A DNA stretch of 60,052 nt, from assembly GCA_002498455.1 (NCBI GenBank), contig DAHO01000045.1, forward strand, positions 7,777 to 67,828, written 5' to 3'. Of this stretch, positions 37,793 through 45,941 are shown one piece after another. This DNA is from Euryarchaeota archaeon UBA602. Lineage in GTDB: Archaea > Thermoplasmatota > Poseidoniia > Poseidoniales > Thalassarchaeaceae. Numbering within the stretch: position 1 is the stretch's first letter; each line of letters starts with the position of its first letter. The notes beneath the pieces were generated by a model, which saw only the letters and a list, made by a program, of their open reading frames with translations, did no database searches and was not told the origin of the DNA. The translations under genes were made by a program, and so were the position numbers.

Positions 37793-38768
37793 TGCGAGTC
37801 ATCACCTGCCGTGTTATGGACTCCAAGACATCCCTAACCTCGGATTCAGGGAATCGATGTAGATGTCCTAGAGCGCGATCCAAATGATTGTGGATTAGAA
37901 TGTTGCAATATCCAAATGAATCTCCACTTTCCAGAAGTTCCTCAAGTTCATCCCAACGCTCATCATGGAACTCTCCCAGCACATCGGCAAGCTTCCGACG
38001 TGCATCGCCATGCAAGAGTGTAAGAGCATGGATAATGGGAAGGGTCATCTTTCCCTCATGAACATCTGTTCCTCTGGGTTTACCCATTCTTTCATCACCT
38101 GTCAAATCCAATAAATCATCCACCAATTGGAAGGCAATGCCCAATTCCATCCCAAATTCACGCATGGATTCAATTTCAGACTCAGAGGCACCTGCAATTA
38201 TGGCAGCACACTCACAAGCTGAAGAAAACGGCCCAGCGGTTTTACCGCGCACGATTTCGTAGTAATCTTCGGGCGTGGTTGACAAATCAGAGACATGTTG
38301 CAATTGCTTGAGTTCACCCGAGGCAATTGCAGCGCATGTATCGGCCATAATGCGCACGATTTGTTCATCGTAACGCCCACCGATTCCGAATCCCATTACG
38401 AAGAGGAAATCGCCCCCTATGATGGCATGATCCAACCCATGTTTCTCATGCAATGTTTGAACCCCTCTTCGTAGCTTGGCTCCATCATAGATGTCATCAT
38501 GAATCAACGTCGCCGTGTGGATTAATTCGGTAGCAACGGCGAAATCAATGACATCAGAACGATCTTTTCCACCTACCAAATCGTAGGCCAATAGTGTCAA
38601 AATCGGACGGATTCGTTTGCCTCCGGCGAGTAAAATTTCTCTGGCCAATCCCATTGCGTGTGAATATGGGCCGTTCATCGAGGATTCAATGACAGAATGG
38701 AGGGCATCCTCGACCTCCATTCGACGCTCGATGAGAATCGTATTCTCTAGCAGGGATTCCGCCATCAA
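37785..38768 (-). CDS. Trans-polyprenyl diphosphate synthase, probably long-chain (IspB/HepT-like)
   Basis: FARM region ELIHTATLIHDDIYD and second motif FQLVDDLLD. The small residues Ala/Thr at positions -5/-4 before the first DDxxD match E. coli IspB (IHTATLLHDD) rather than the aromatic residue of archaeal GGPP synthases. Confidence 0.8.
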   Translation of the reverse strand: MMAESLLENTILIERRMEVEDALHSVIESSMNGPYSHAMGLAREILLAGGKRIRPILTLLAYDLVGGKDRSDVIDFAVATELIHTATLIHDDIYDGAKLRRGVQTLHEKHGLDHAIIGGDFLFVMGFGIGGRYDEQIVRIMADTCAAIASGELKQLQHVSDLSTTPEDYYEIVRGKTAGPFSSACECAAIIAGASESEIESMREFGMELGIAFQLVDDLLDLTGDERMGKPRGTDVHEGKMTLPIIHALTLLHGDARRKLADVLGEFHDERWDELEELLESGDSFGYCNILIHNHLDRALGHLHRFPESEVRDVLESITRQVMTRND

Positions 38769-38852
38769 GCCGTCGACAAGGGGTGCCTATATCAACAGGC
38801 GTCTACCGCCCCGAGCCAGACACGATGCGTGTCTGCCATTGGCGGGACGAAT

Positions 38853-39917
38853 ATGGAGGCGGAAGCAGATTCTAATCAGATACGCCTCGCGTGTATCGGT
38901 ACTGATGACGACTACACCCCTGTTCACATCAGGAAATGGATGGAAACCCGGCCGCTAGAGAACATCGATATGGACATTCAGTTTGAATCTGAATTGTCCA
39001 ATGGATTTTCGTTATTAGACAGCGGAGATGTTGACTTAATCGCAATTTCCGCACAAAAATGGTTTCAAAGCGAAAAACCAACAGGGTTGAAGGTTGCAAC
39101 CGCAATCCCCCGTCGAGATGAAAATCACATCTTGGTTGCATCCGAGGGATGGAAAGTCCCATACAAATCGATCATTCTTTCTGAAAATAAACTGCAAAGA
39201 AGGCAAATGCGTAGACATCGACCCGATTTGCGAGTGCTTGACCCATTGGCCTTTGCCGACATGACTAAACTCACTCCCAGCACCAATTCTCGGCTGGATT
39301 TCATATCTTGGATGGAAGATCTGCGTGCGAGCAAGATGATTGCTGGTTATGTGACCGAAAGACACCTATTCAACCTTGCAAAAATCGATGCGAGAAGGCA
39401 TGTTTTGCAAACCGACTCAAGAGATGGTGGAGCCCGCTTTATCCCCAGCCCACTGCAAGGACTAACTCTGCTAATATCTAGGGAAGGTTTTCCCAAAACT
39501 CTCTCAGATCAAATCGGTGATTCAGAATCACTGACTGCATGGACTTGCGAACGCATTATTCTCAACGAAATAAGTCCAGAACTCCACAATCGATTAGGGA
39601 TATTGGTCCGCCATCGGCAAATCCCTTCTTTGTTGAACCAAGCAGATGAGGAGAAAGATTTGCTGCGTTCGACTTCATTGTTGGATGGAGAAGGAGAGAT
39701 TATCGACAAGACTTCATTGGTCGAAATTCTGCTTGAAGTGGTTGGTAAAACTGGAGAAAAAACGCTATTGCTGGAGAAATTAGTCGCAATCGAAGATGCC
39801 ACCACCCATGCACGCTTGATGGTGGTAGAGTGGAATCGGATGCTCAAGTCCGTAACAATGGAACATCCTGAAGACATTCGCTTGGGCCCGGCCAGACCAC
39901 CATTCCTAGATTTGTGA
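38853..39917 (+). CDS. Hypothetical protein, remote porphobilinogen deaminase (HemC)-like fold lacking catalytic residues
   Basis: By eye, DLIAISAQKWFQSEKPTGLKVATAIPRRDENHILV aligns to DIAVHSMKDVPxxxPxGLxLxxIxxREDPRDAFV. Also NKLQRRQMRRHRPDLRV aligns to SSLRRQxQLxxxRPDLxI, and LTAWTCERIILNEI to ALRVTAERAMNTRL. The cofactor Cys and the Arg/Asp residues are not conserved. Confidence 0.45.
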   Translation: MEAEADSNQIRLACIGTDDDYTPVHIRKWMETRPLENIDMDIQFESELSNGFSLLDSGDVDLIAISAQKWFQSEKPTGLKVATAIPRRDENHILVASEGWKVPYKSIILSENKLQRRQMRRHRPDLRVLDPLAFADMTKLTPSTNSRLDFISWMEDLRASKMIAGYVTERHLFNLAKIDARRHVLQTDSRDGGARFIPSPLQGLTLLISREGFPKTLSDQIGDSESLTAWTCERIILNEISPELHNRLGILVRHRQIPSLLNQADEEKDLLRSTSLLDGEGEIIDKTSLVEILLEVVGKTGEKTLLLEKLVAIEDATTHARLMVVEWNRMLKSVTMEHPEDIRLGPARPPFLDL

Positions 39918-39922
39918 CGGCA

Positions 39923-39928
39923 TTTTTT
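39923..39928 (+). terminator. T6 tract immediately after the stop codon at 39917
   Basis: The sequence is TGACGGCATTTTTTCT. An oligo-T run just after a stop is the usual archaeal termination signal. Confidence 0.3.
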
Positions 39929-40014
39929 CTAGGGTCCCAAGACGGCCCTTAGGGCCGTGAATGAAGCGTAACATATACAGGGGCTTAGGAACGCAAACCC
40001 CGCGAGGGCAAACA

Positions 40015-41748
40015 ATGGTCGATGAAAACCTACTCACACGGTTGTATTCGGCGCGTTTAGATGAACTCCGAGACATGGCCATTTCTCACGACCTTTCAAA
40101 ATCTGGGAATGTGGAACAATTGCGAGCCCGACTCATCAATGAACTCGCTCTGGCTGACACAGATTTGTCTTGGGATTCGATACAAGAAATGCCCAACAAA
40201 GAATTGGGCGAAATGCTAGGTATCTTTGGTATCAAACGCTCAGGTTCAATCAAAGAGAAACGTCAGCGATTGTGGTTGCACTTGAACCATGACCCGAAGA
40301 AACTCAATCCTGAAACCATCGCGGAATCCACACGGGACCAATTGCATGAGTTGTGTAAATTCCTTGAGTTACCACGATCTGGAAGCAAACAGCAATTGTT
40401 TGCAAGAGTCGCCGGTGTTTTGGCTGCACATGACAACGGTTGGGGGAAGGTCAAGAAGAGTCTGCGTCGCGGTAAGACAACTCCTACCGTCCCAAGTCCG
40501 AAGCCTGCTCCCACAACTAAACCGGCCCCTGCACCGGCAATGCCTGAAGATGAAGCTGCTGAGCTGGCAGCGATGATTCAGGCATCCATTGATTCCGTTG
40601 ATGTGGATGAACTTACTGAAGTCCTAGATGAACCTGATGACCCTCCTCCCATTGAATACGAGGGTGTTATCGAGCCTGAAATCGTCGAGGCACCCCCCGT
40701 GGAATTAACGATCGACGAAGGGACTGGTTCAGCCGTCATCGACTTAGAGGCGCGTCTCGCTGAACTGCATAGTCACGTTCGCGAATTTTTGCTTATCAGC
40801 AGAGAGCATGATGCAAACGATGTCGCCGCATTTGTCGAAGATTTAGGCGAACAAGGATTCCAGGTTAGCCATGCTGTAGTTCGCAACCGAATCATGGATG
40901 AAATTACCCAAATGGCCAATCGGAGAGATGCTGAAACCGAAGCCAGTTCTCAAATCCCTGGCTCATGGAGAGAGCGGAAAGCACTACGGAGATTGGAAGA
41001 ATGCCGCCCAAGCCTACTCGACTCTTTAGAAGCCATTTTGGATTCTCATGAAGGTGATATCGCCTTGGCCAGGGTGCGATTTGAGGCTGAAGCTGCAGAA
41101 GCCGGCCTTGATCTCGATTTGCCGGGTATCAGTGGAAGGGTGCATGGATTGTTTGACTTGCAACTCAGCCTACGGGAGGCCGAGGAAAATACGGACCCTG
41201 TGACTGCACGTCGCCAGCGCGCCATGGAGATTCTATACCGTGGTTCACAGGACCTATCCGGCGATGCGATGCGAACATTGCAAAGATTTGAGGAACAAAT
41301 CGAGAACTTCGAGCGAATTGTCGAAACCTTGGTCCGCAGAGCAGAGGGACAATTTGGTCCGGTCGAACATGCATTATTGGTTCGCTTCTTGGAAAGACGC
41401 GGTTGGGATGTTGGGCACCCCGAGGTTCGCCCCCGGGCTATCGCTGCTGCGGGCGCTCTTGCGGCCGCCATGGGTTACATCAGCCCCGAAGAGGCACCTG
41501 GTCTTCCAACATCGATTTCACTAGACCCTGACAAGGTATCAGATGTGGTCGAATCATTACGTGGTTTACTCGTCGACATGGGGCGCAGTGCACCTACACC
41601 AGACAGTGTTGCACACGGACTTTCGGCAGAAGATGCTGGGCAGGCCGAAGAAATCAGTAGCATCGGGCGTGTCCGGGGTAAATTGGACCAAGCCGACGAT
41701 TTATTGAGTCGCCTTTCCCGAGGGAATGATGCTGAACCTGGAGAATAA
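40015..41748 (+). CDS. Protein with three N-terminal SAP/HeH motifs, a Pro-rich linker and an acidic helical C-terminal domain
   Basis: The three motifs are LDELRDMAISHDLSKSGNVEQLRARLINEL, KELGEMLGIFGIKRSGSIKEKRQRLWLHL and DQLHELCKFLELPRSGSKQQLFARVAGVL. These are followed by TPTVPSPKPAPTTKPAPAPA. Confidence 0.55.
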   Translation: MVDENLLTRLYSARLDELRDMAISHDLSKSGNVEQLRARLINELALADTDLSWDSIQEMPNKELGEMLGIFGIKRSGSIKEKRQRLWLHLNHDPKKLNPETIAESTRDQLHELCKFLELPRSGSKQQLFARVAGVLAAHDNGWGKVKKSLRRGKTTPTVPSPKPAPTTKPAPAPAMPEDEAAELAAMIQASIDSVDVDELTEVLDEPDDPPPIEYEGVIEPEIVEAPPVELTIDEGTGSAVIDLEARLAELHSHVREFLLISREHDANDVAAFVEDLGEQGFQVSHAVVRNRIMDEITQMANRRDAETEASSQIPGSWRERKALRRLEECRPSLLDSLEAILDSHEGDIALARVRFEAEAAEAGLDLDLPGISGRVHGLFDLQLSLREAEENTDPVTARRQRAMEILYRGSQDLSGDAMRTLQRFEEQIENFERIVETLVRRAEGQFGPVEHALLVRFLERRGWDVGHPEVRPRAIAAAGALAAAMGYISPEEAPGLPTSISLDPDKVSDVVESLRGLLVDMGRSAPTPDSVAHGLSAEDAGQAEEISSIGRVRGKLDQADDLLSRLSRGNDAEPGE

Positions 41749-41950
41749 TCATCCAGTGGGGTGAGATGATTTCCGCAATATTGAGAGCGCTAATGGCTCG
41801 ATTCAGAGGAGAATGGGATGGAGTCAGTCCTGAGCTTCGTTTCTTGCTTTATTGTGAAATCGGGTTTTATTGTTTGTTAGCGATTGTTGTTTTCATTTGG
41901 CAACCCGGATTTCTCTAAATGAATAGAACTGGTTCTATGCAACTGAGGTT

Positions 41951-43192
41951 TCAACGGTTTGACGAATAGTAGGACTGGAAGACCTTCGTAACCTGCTCGA
42001 TACCACGAATCCCTTGGGACTGGAGATCAAGCAAAATTTGTTCTCTCTGTTGAACGTGTGTTTCAAAGTCAGAGGGGCGGATTCCTGCTGAGGTACAAAG
42101 TGTCTCTCGGAATTTACTAGGGACCCCAGTTTCGACGATGGCATCGTGAGCAGGATCGTATTTCCAGATTGGATTTAGACGGGGTTTGTTACCTTCCATT
42201 CCCGAAATTTCAGCGACCTCGGTGATTCTTCGCAGGGTTTTACCACCACGGTGAACTCGACTCTGCATGAGGATTAAATCCAAGCCGGTGAGCATAATTG
42301 GTGGTACGTTCATTGGAGCACTGGTGAGACGTGTTACGGTTTCAGATGCTGTGTTGGAGTGAAGGCTTCCACAGGAACCATCGTGACCCGTGTTCATTGC
42401 CGTTAGGAGTGTTGCAGCTTCGGGCCCACGTACTTCGCCCACAATGATCCGATCAGGGCGCATTCGAAGACTAGATTTCAAACAATCATCCATGGATACT
42501 GTTGTGGTCCCATCAGGACGTTCTTGACGAGTTTCCATACGCAACCAGTGATCATGGTAAACCTGCAACTCGGCCGTATCCTCTACCGTCAGTAGACGCT
42601 TGTCCCATGGAATAAACATCCCAAGACAATTCAGAGTGGTGGTTTTTCCAGAACCAGTCCCACCTGCGATAACGAAATTTGCTGGACGTGCATTGAGGCC
42701 CTCAACCCAAACCCACATCATGGCGGCCAATCGACTGTTGATTGTACCCCAATTCATCAAATCAATAATAGTGATTGGATCCTCTCGAAATTTACGTATC
42801 GTAAGAGTCGGCCCATCAGGAGAAATAGGAGGAAGGGTTCCATTGACACGAGATCCATCGGGAAGGCGACCATCGAAAATTGGCACAAGACCGGGCCCAT
42901 TCCCAAGGGGTACATTGGTGAAGGCAGCAATATTCTTTGCAACTTGGATGCCTTCATCATCATTCATCCAAATGTTGGTTCGACAAATGCCGAAGTCACG
43001 ATGGGCGACCTTGACACATTGCTCACCACCATTGTACATGACTTCCTCAAGTTGGTCATCATCAAGCAATAGAGCCAATTCCCCATAGGCATTGTTTGGT
43101 GCCTGACCATCGTAATGATACATTGGACTGGGGTGTCCAGGCTCCATGTAAATCGTCACTGGACCGTATCGAGCAAGTACTTGTTCTGACAT
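41951..43192 (-). CDS. Type II/IV secretion-system ATPase (archaeal FlaI/EpdL/TadA-like)
   Basis: Walker A AGGTGSGKTTTLN, then LLTVEDTAELQ, Walker B-like RPDRIIVGEVRG and His box TGHDGSCGSLHSN. Confidence 0.85.
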   Translation of the reverse strand: MSEQVLARYGPVTIYMEPGHPSPMYHYDGQAPNNAYGELALLLDDDQLEEVMYNGGEQCVKVAHRDFGICRTNIWMNDDEGIQVAKNIAAFTNVPLGNGPGLVPIFDGRLPDGSRVNGTLPPISPDGPTLTIRKFREDPITIIDLMNWGTINSRLAAMMWVWVEGLNARPANFVIAGGTGSGKTTTLNCLGMFIPWDKRLLTVEDTAELQVYHDHWLRMETRQERPDGTTTVSMDDCLKSSLRMRPDRIIVGEVRGPEAATLLTAMNTGHDGSCGSLHSNTASETVTRLTSAPMNVPPIMLTGLDLILMQSRVHRGGKTLRRITEVAEISGMEGNKPRLNPIWKYDPAHDAIVETGVPSKFRETLCTSAGIRPSDFETHVQQREQILLDLQSQGIRGIEQVTKVFQSYYSSNR

Positions 43193-43201
43193 TTTTTCAC
43201 C

Positions 43202-43951
43202 TCACGCCATTCCCGCTTGAATCGCTTCAAACAAACCGATGTACAACACGGCTGAGAGAGTAGACCAAAATGGAATCCACCACATCGCCTGCTTGGTTCG
43301 ACCGAGCATTCTTCCAGAAACAACGACACTGAGGGCGGCTGAAGCCATGAGGTAAGGGACCATCACTGCATGGATGTGCCCCCAATAAGCCCCGACTGCT
43401 GCAAGACCGAAAACGGCGAACATGAAACCCATGACGCCGGGGAGAAGCAAGCACATGAGCATCAACAGAAGCATGGATTGTCCAGACATCTCACTTTCAC
43501 GGGTGTTGATGAGTTTGTTTAGGCGGTCGTACTCAACAGACATTGAATTGGTAATTTCACTGAGAGGTGCATCCTGTTCGACAGCTGTTGACAACAAATT
43601 GACAACACGCTGAATCAAAACGCTGCGACTATTGATGGCATATTCTGCCAATGCTGCATCGAATGATGTAGAGCGAGAGCGATCTATCGCTTGAGCCAAT
43701 AGTTTTCCCGTTTCATCGGTTCGGGTTCGGGAAATATCTGTCAATGCCTGTTGCAATCCTAGACCTGCTCCAATACTCGATGAGATTGATTCTAAAACTT
43801 CAGGAAGGGCCTCCTCGAGTTGCCTTCTTCGACGACGTTCAAAGAATCCAGGGATGGCTCCTGCAAGACAGGGAAGTGTGATTGGAAGCATGAATACAAG
43901 GAATATACTCACCCCGAGTAATTCGTAAAAATCCCAGAGTAATTGCATCAA
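43202..43951 (-). CDS. T2SSF-domain membrane platform protein (TadC/EpdK-like)
   Basis: 249 aa with an N-terminal TM and the helical bundle LPEVLESISSSIGAGLGLQQAL...FDAALAEY, then 3 C-terminal TM segments. It overlaps the upstream gene by 4 nt. Confidence 0.7.
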   Translation of the reverse strand: MMQLLWDFYELLGVSIFLVFMLPITLPCLAGAIPGFFERRRRRQLEEALPEVLESISSSIGAGLGLQQALTDISRTRTDETGKLLAQAIDRSRSTSFDAALAEYAINSRSVLIQRVVNLLSTAVEQDAPLSEITNSMSVEYDRLNKLINTRESEMSGQSMLLLMLMCLLLPGVMGFMFAVFGLAAVGAYWGHIHAVMVPYLMASAALSVVVSGRMLGRTKQAMWWIPFWSTLSAVLYIGLFEAIQAGMA

Positions 43952-44532
43952 ATTACCCCCGGGTCACTCGAGTGTGCACGATAACCAATGAGAATCATCA
44001 TTGCGACCGTCAAAAATAAGGCTGGGCCAAAGCAACTCGCTGCAGCAGCAAGGCTCGCCATTCCAGGAATTCCACTGGTCATCAATCCCGGTGCAATGAC
44101 TGGAATCATGGCTGCAATACCGAAAATAATTGGTGACAGCATTCCGAAAGTCAGCAAAATGGTCGGTAAACCAGAGAGTTTCTCGATATAGGCGCCGAGT
44201 TTGTCGTTTCGCTCTTCCTCTTCGCGTTCAGATTGTTGTTGAAGGGCGCGGAGCAAATCGGTGTCACTCGTAACATTGGTTCTCAAAGTGTTTAGAAATC
44301 TGGAGTAGGCCTTGCTTGAAGCATCTCGGCTTAACCGTGCGAGTTCCTGTTCCAATTGAGAACCCCGCTGGAGATTTGTAATGACCTCTTTGAAATCCCG
44401 TGAAATGACCCCATAACCGCCTCGTCCAATCATCTGTAGCGCAGATTCAATCCCAATTCCTGAACCAAGTAACACCATGACTGCCCGCATTGCATAGAGG
44501 AGATCTGCCGATTCCTCTTGATCTGTGGCCAC
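43948..44532 (-). CDS. T2SSF-domain membrane platform protein (TadB/EpdJ-like)
   Basis: 194 aa. LYAMRAVMVLLGSGIGIESALQMIGRGGYGVISRDFKEVITNLQRGSQLEQEL is the T2SSF motif pattern. Two C-terminal TM segments. Confidence 0.65.
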   Translation of the reverse strand: MATDQEESADLLYAMRAVMVLLGSGIGIESALQMIGRGGYGVISRDFKEVITNLQRGSQLEQELARLSRDASSKAYSRFLNTLRTNVTSDTDLLRALQQQSEREEEERNDKLGAYIEKLSGLPTILLTFGMLSPIIFGIAAMIPVIAPGLMTSGIPGMASLAAAASCFGPALFLTVAMMILIGYRAHSSDPGVI

Positions 44533-44903
44533 TAAATCACGTCCTCGATTAGCTCAAAGGAATAAGCACCATCATCTCCATCGTATTCTAGACGGTGGAA
44601 TGCAACTTTGATTTCGATTTCAGTGAAAGGGTCTAGAAGCCAGACTTCAGCGCTTCGAAAGATGTTCAATACTTCTCGATATCCTGCGATTCCAAGGTGT
44701 CCACGCATGGTGTAAACGGCCGACTCAGCACCCTCATCGACCAAGTCATCACCTTCGCCTCCACGCTTGACTTCGCGAGTGATGCGGCGACGAATGTTTA
44801 CTGAAATTTTGCAATTGTCAAACTGCAACCAGTCACCCTCAAATCCCCGAAGAAACACGGTACCTGCCTGTGCCAAAGTGACCCCTCGACCAGCCAACAC
44901 CAT
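44532..44903 (-). CDS. Hypothetical soluble 123-aa protein, first gene of the secretion-ATPase cluster
   Basis: The ORF is coupled to the next gene by a 1-nt overlap. It has no TM segment, no class III signal peptide and no recognisable motif. Confidence 0.4.
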   Translation of the reverse strand: MVLAGRGVTLAQAGTVFLRGFEGDWLQFDNCKISVNIRRRITREVKRGGEGDDLVDEGAESAVYTMRGHLGIAGYREVLNIFRSAEVWLLDPFTEIEIKVAFHRLEYDGDDGAYSFELIEDVI

Positions 44904-44951
44904 AGGATGGCCTTCAAACTAGCGGGAGAAAGCCGTCCCTATGGGACGGAC

Positions 44952-45941
44952 CTACATCGGCTTGAACCAGCCAAATCGCGGCTCCATGATTTCACACTTG
45001 TCATCACGTAGGCCGTATATGGTGTCTTCAATGGCGTCCTCATCGGTGAATCCGCGTTGTGCGCAATGCTTCATGATCGAGTCATAATCGATGCCTTCTG
45101 CACCGGCATGTTGCGAAATGATCTCTAGAACTGTAGATTCAAGATCGCCCCCTGAAGACGTGACGGCCTCGGTAGAGGTTGTCGGTTCTTCGATTTGAGG
45201 TTCTGAGGCACTGTGGTTTGCACTATCTGTCTCCGACGCATCATGGGCCTCGTGTTCCTCAAAAGAAACTACACGTCCTTCAGCAGCACTCAGTGCTTGT
45301 AGGACGCCGACTTTGTAGCCTTCAGGATCCCACTCGCCGTAGTGATTCATGGCCAGTCCTAGGCCATCGATCAGATCCTTTGGGACACCTGCATCACGCA
45401 GACTGTTGGCGTCTGTTGATTCCGCGGACTGGGCTTTGCCTAATGCATCGATTCGTCGCATGGTATGATCGGCTGTTTCGACCAGCCAACCGGCATATGT
45501 ATCGCGATCGATAATTGCATAATCTTCCATTTGCATACGACACCGGAATCCACCGTCCTCGGTAGTATAGTGGTTGGATTTACCAATACAAGCCATCAAA
45601 AAGCGGTCTCCACCCTCAAATTTGGCCACCAATTCTTCCATCTCGATGTGCAACTCTGGGCGGAATGAACCGACACTCCACAGGTGCAATCCAGTAGGGT
45701 CACGTACAGCACCGCTGTACATAGGGCCACGCTCTGTGTCGCGCTTTTCAAGCCGCTCAATGACACCTGCGACATACATTCGGTTGACCTTTGCTCCCAG
45801 TTTAGTAACAACGAATCTTGGATCGTATTCACCTTGACCACCGTCGGGTAGACTGGACTCATAGAATTCACGCGCAAATAGACGAATGGCAGTTTGTCGA
45901 CGACCGCGAAGTTGATTGGTAATCAAGCAAACACCCCCCAC
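44952..45941 (-). CDS. RPA-associated protein (COG3390/RPAP family)
   Basis: AIRLFAREFYESS..RFVVTKLGAKVNRMYVAGVIERLE..YSGAVRDPTGLHLWSVGSFRPE follows the pattern of haloarchaeal RPAP proteins. It lies downstream of the RPA gene and overlaps it by 19 nt. Confidence 0.65.
   Translation of the reverse strand: MGGVCLITNQLRGRRQTAIRLFAREFYESSLPDGGQGEYDPRFVVTKLGAKVNRMYVAGVIERLEKRDTERGPMYSGAVRDPTGLHLWSVGSFRPELHIEMEELVAKFEGGDRFLMACIGKSNHYTTEDGGFRCRMQMEDYAIIDRDTYAGWLVETADHTMRRIDALGKAQSAESTDANSLRDAGVPKDLIDGLGLAMNHYGEWDPEGYKVGVLQALSAAEGRVVSFEEHEAHDASETDSANHSASEPQIEEPTTSTEAVTSSGGDLESTVLEIISQHAGAEGIDYDSIMKHCAQRGFTDEDAIEDTIYGLRDDKCEIMEPRFGWFKPM

Noticed and set aside
41766-41918. 50-codon plus-strand ORF (MISAILRALMARFRGEWDGVSPELRFLLYCEIGFYCLLAIVVFIWQPGFL) in the gap between the SAP protein and the ATPase gene
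   Set aside because: It is below the ORF-track threshold. It has one hydrophobic helix but no class III signal peptide, no obvious ribosome-binding site and no recognisable family. It cannot be supported without conservation data.
42600-43088. 162-aa plus-strand ORF
   Set aside because: It is antisense to the secretion ATPase gene.
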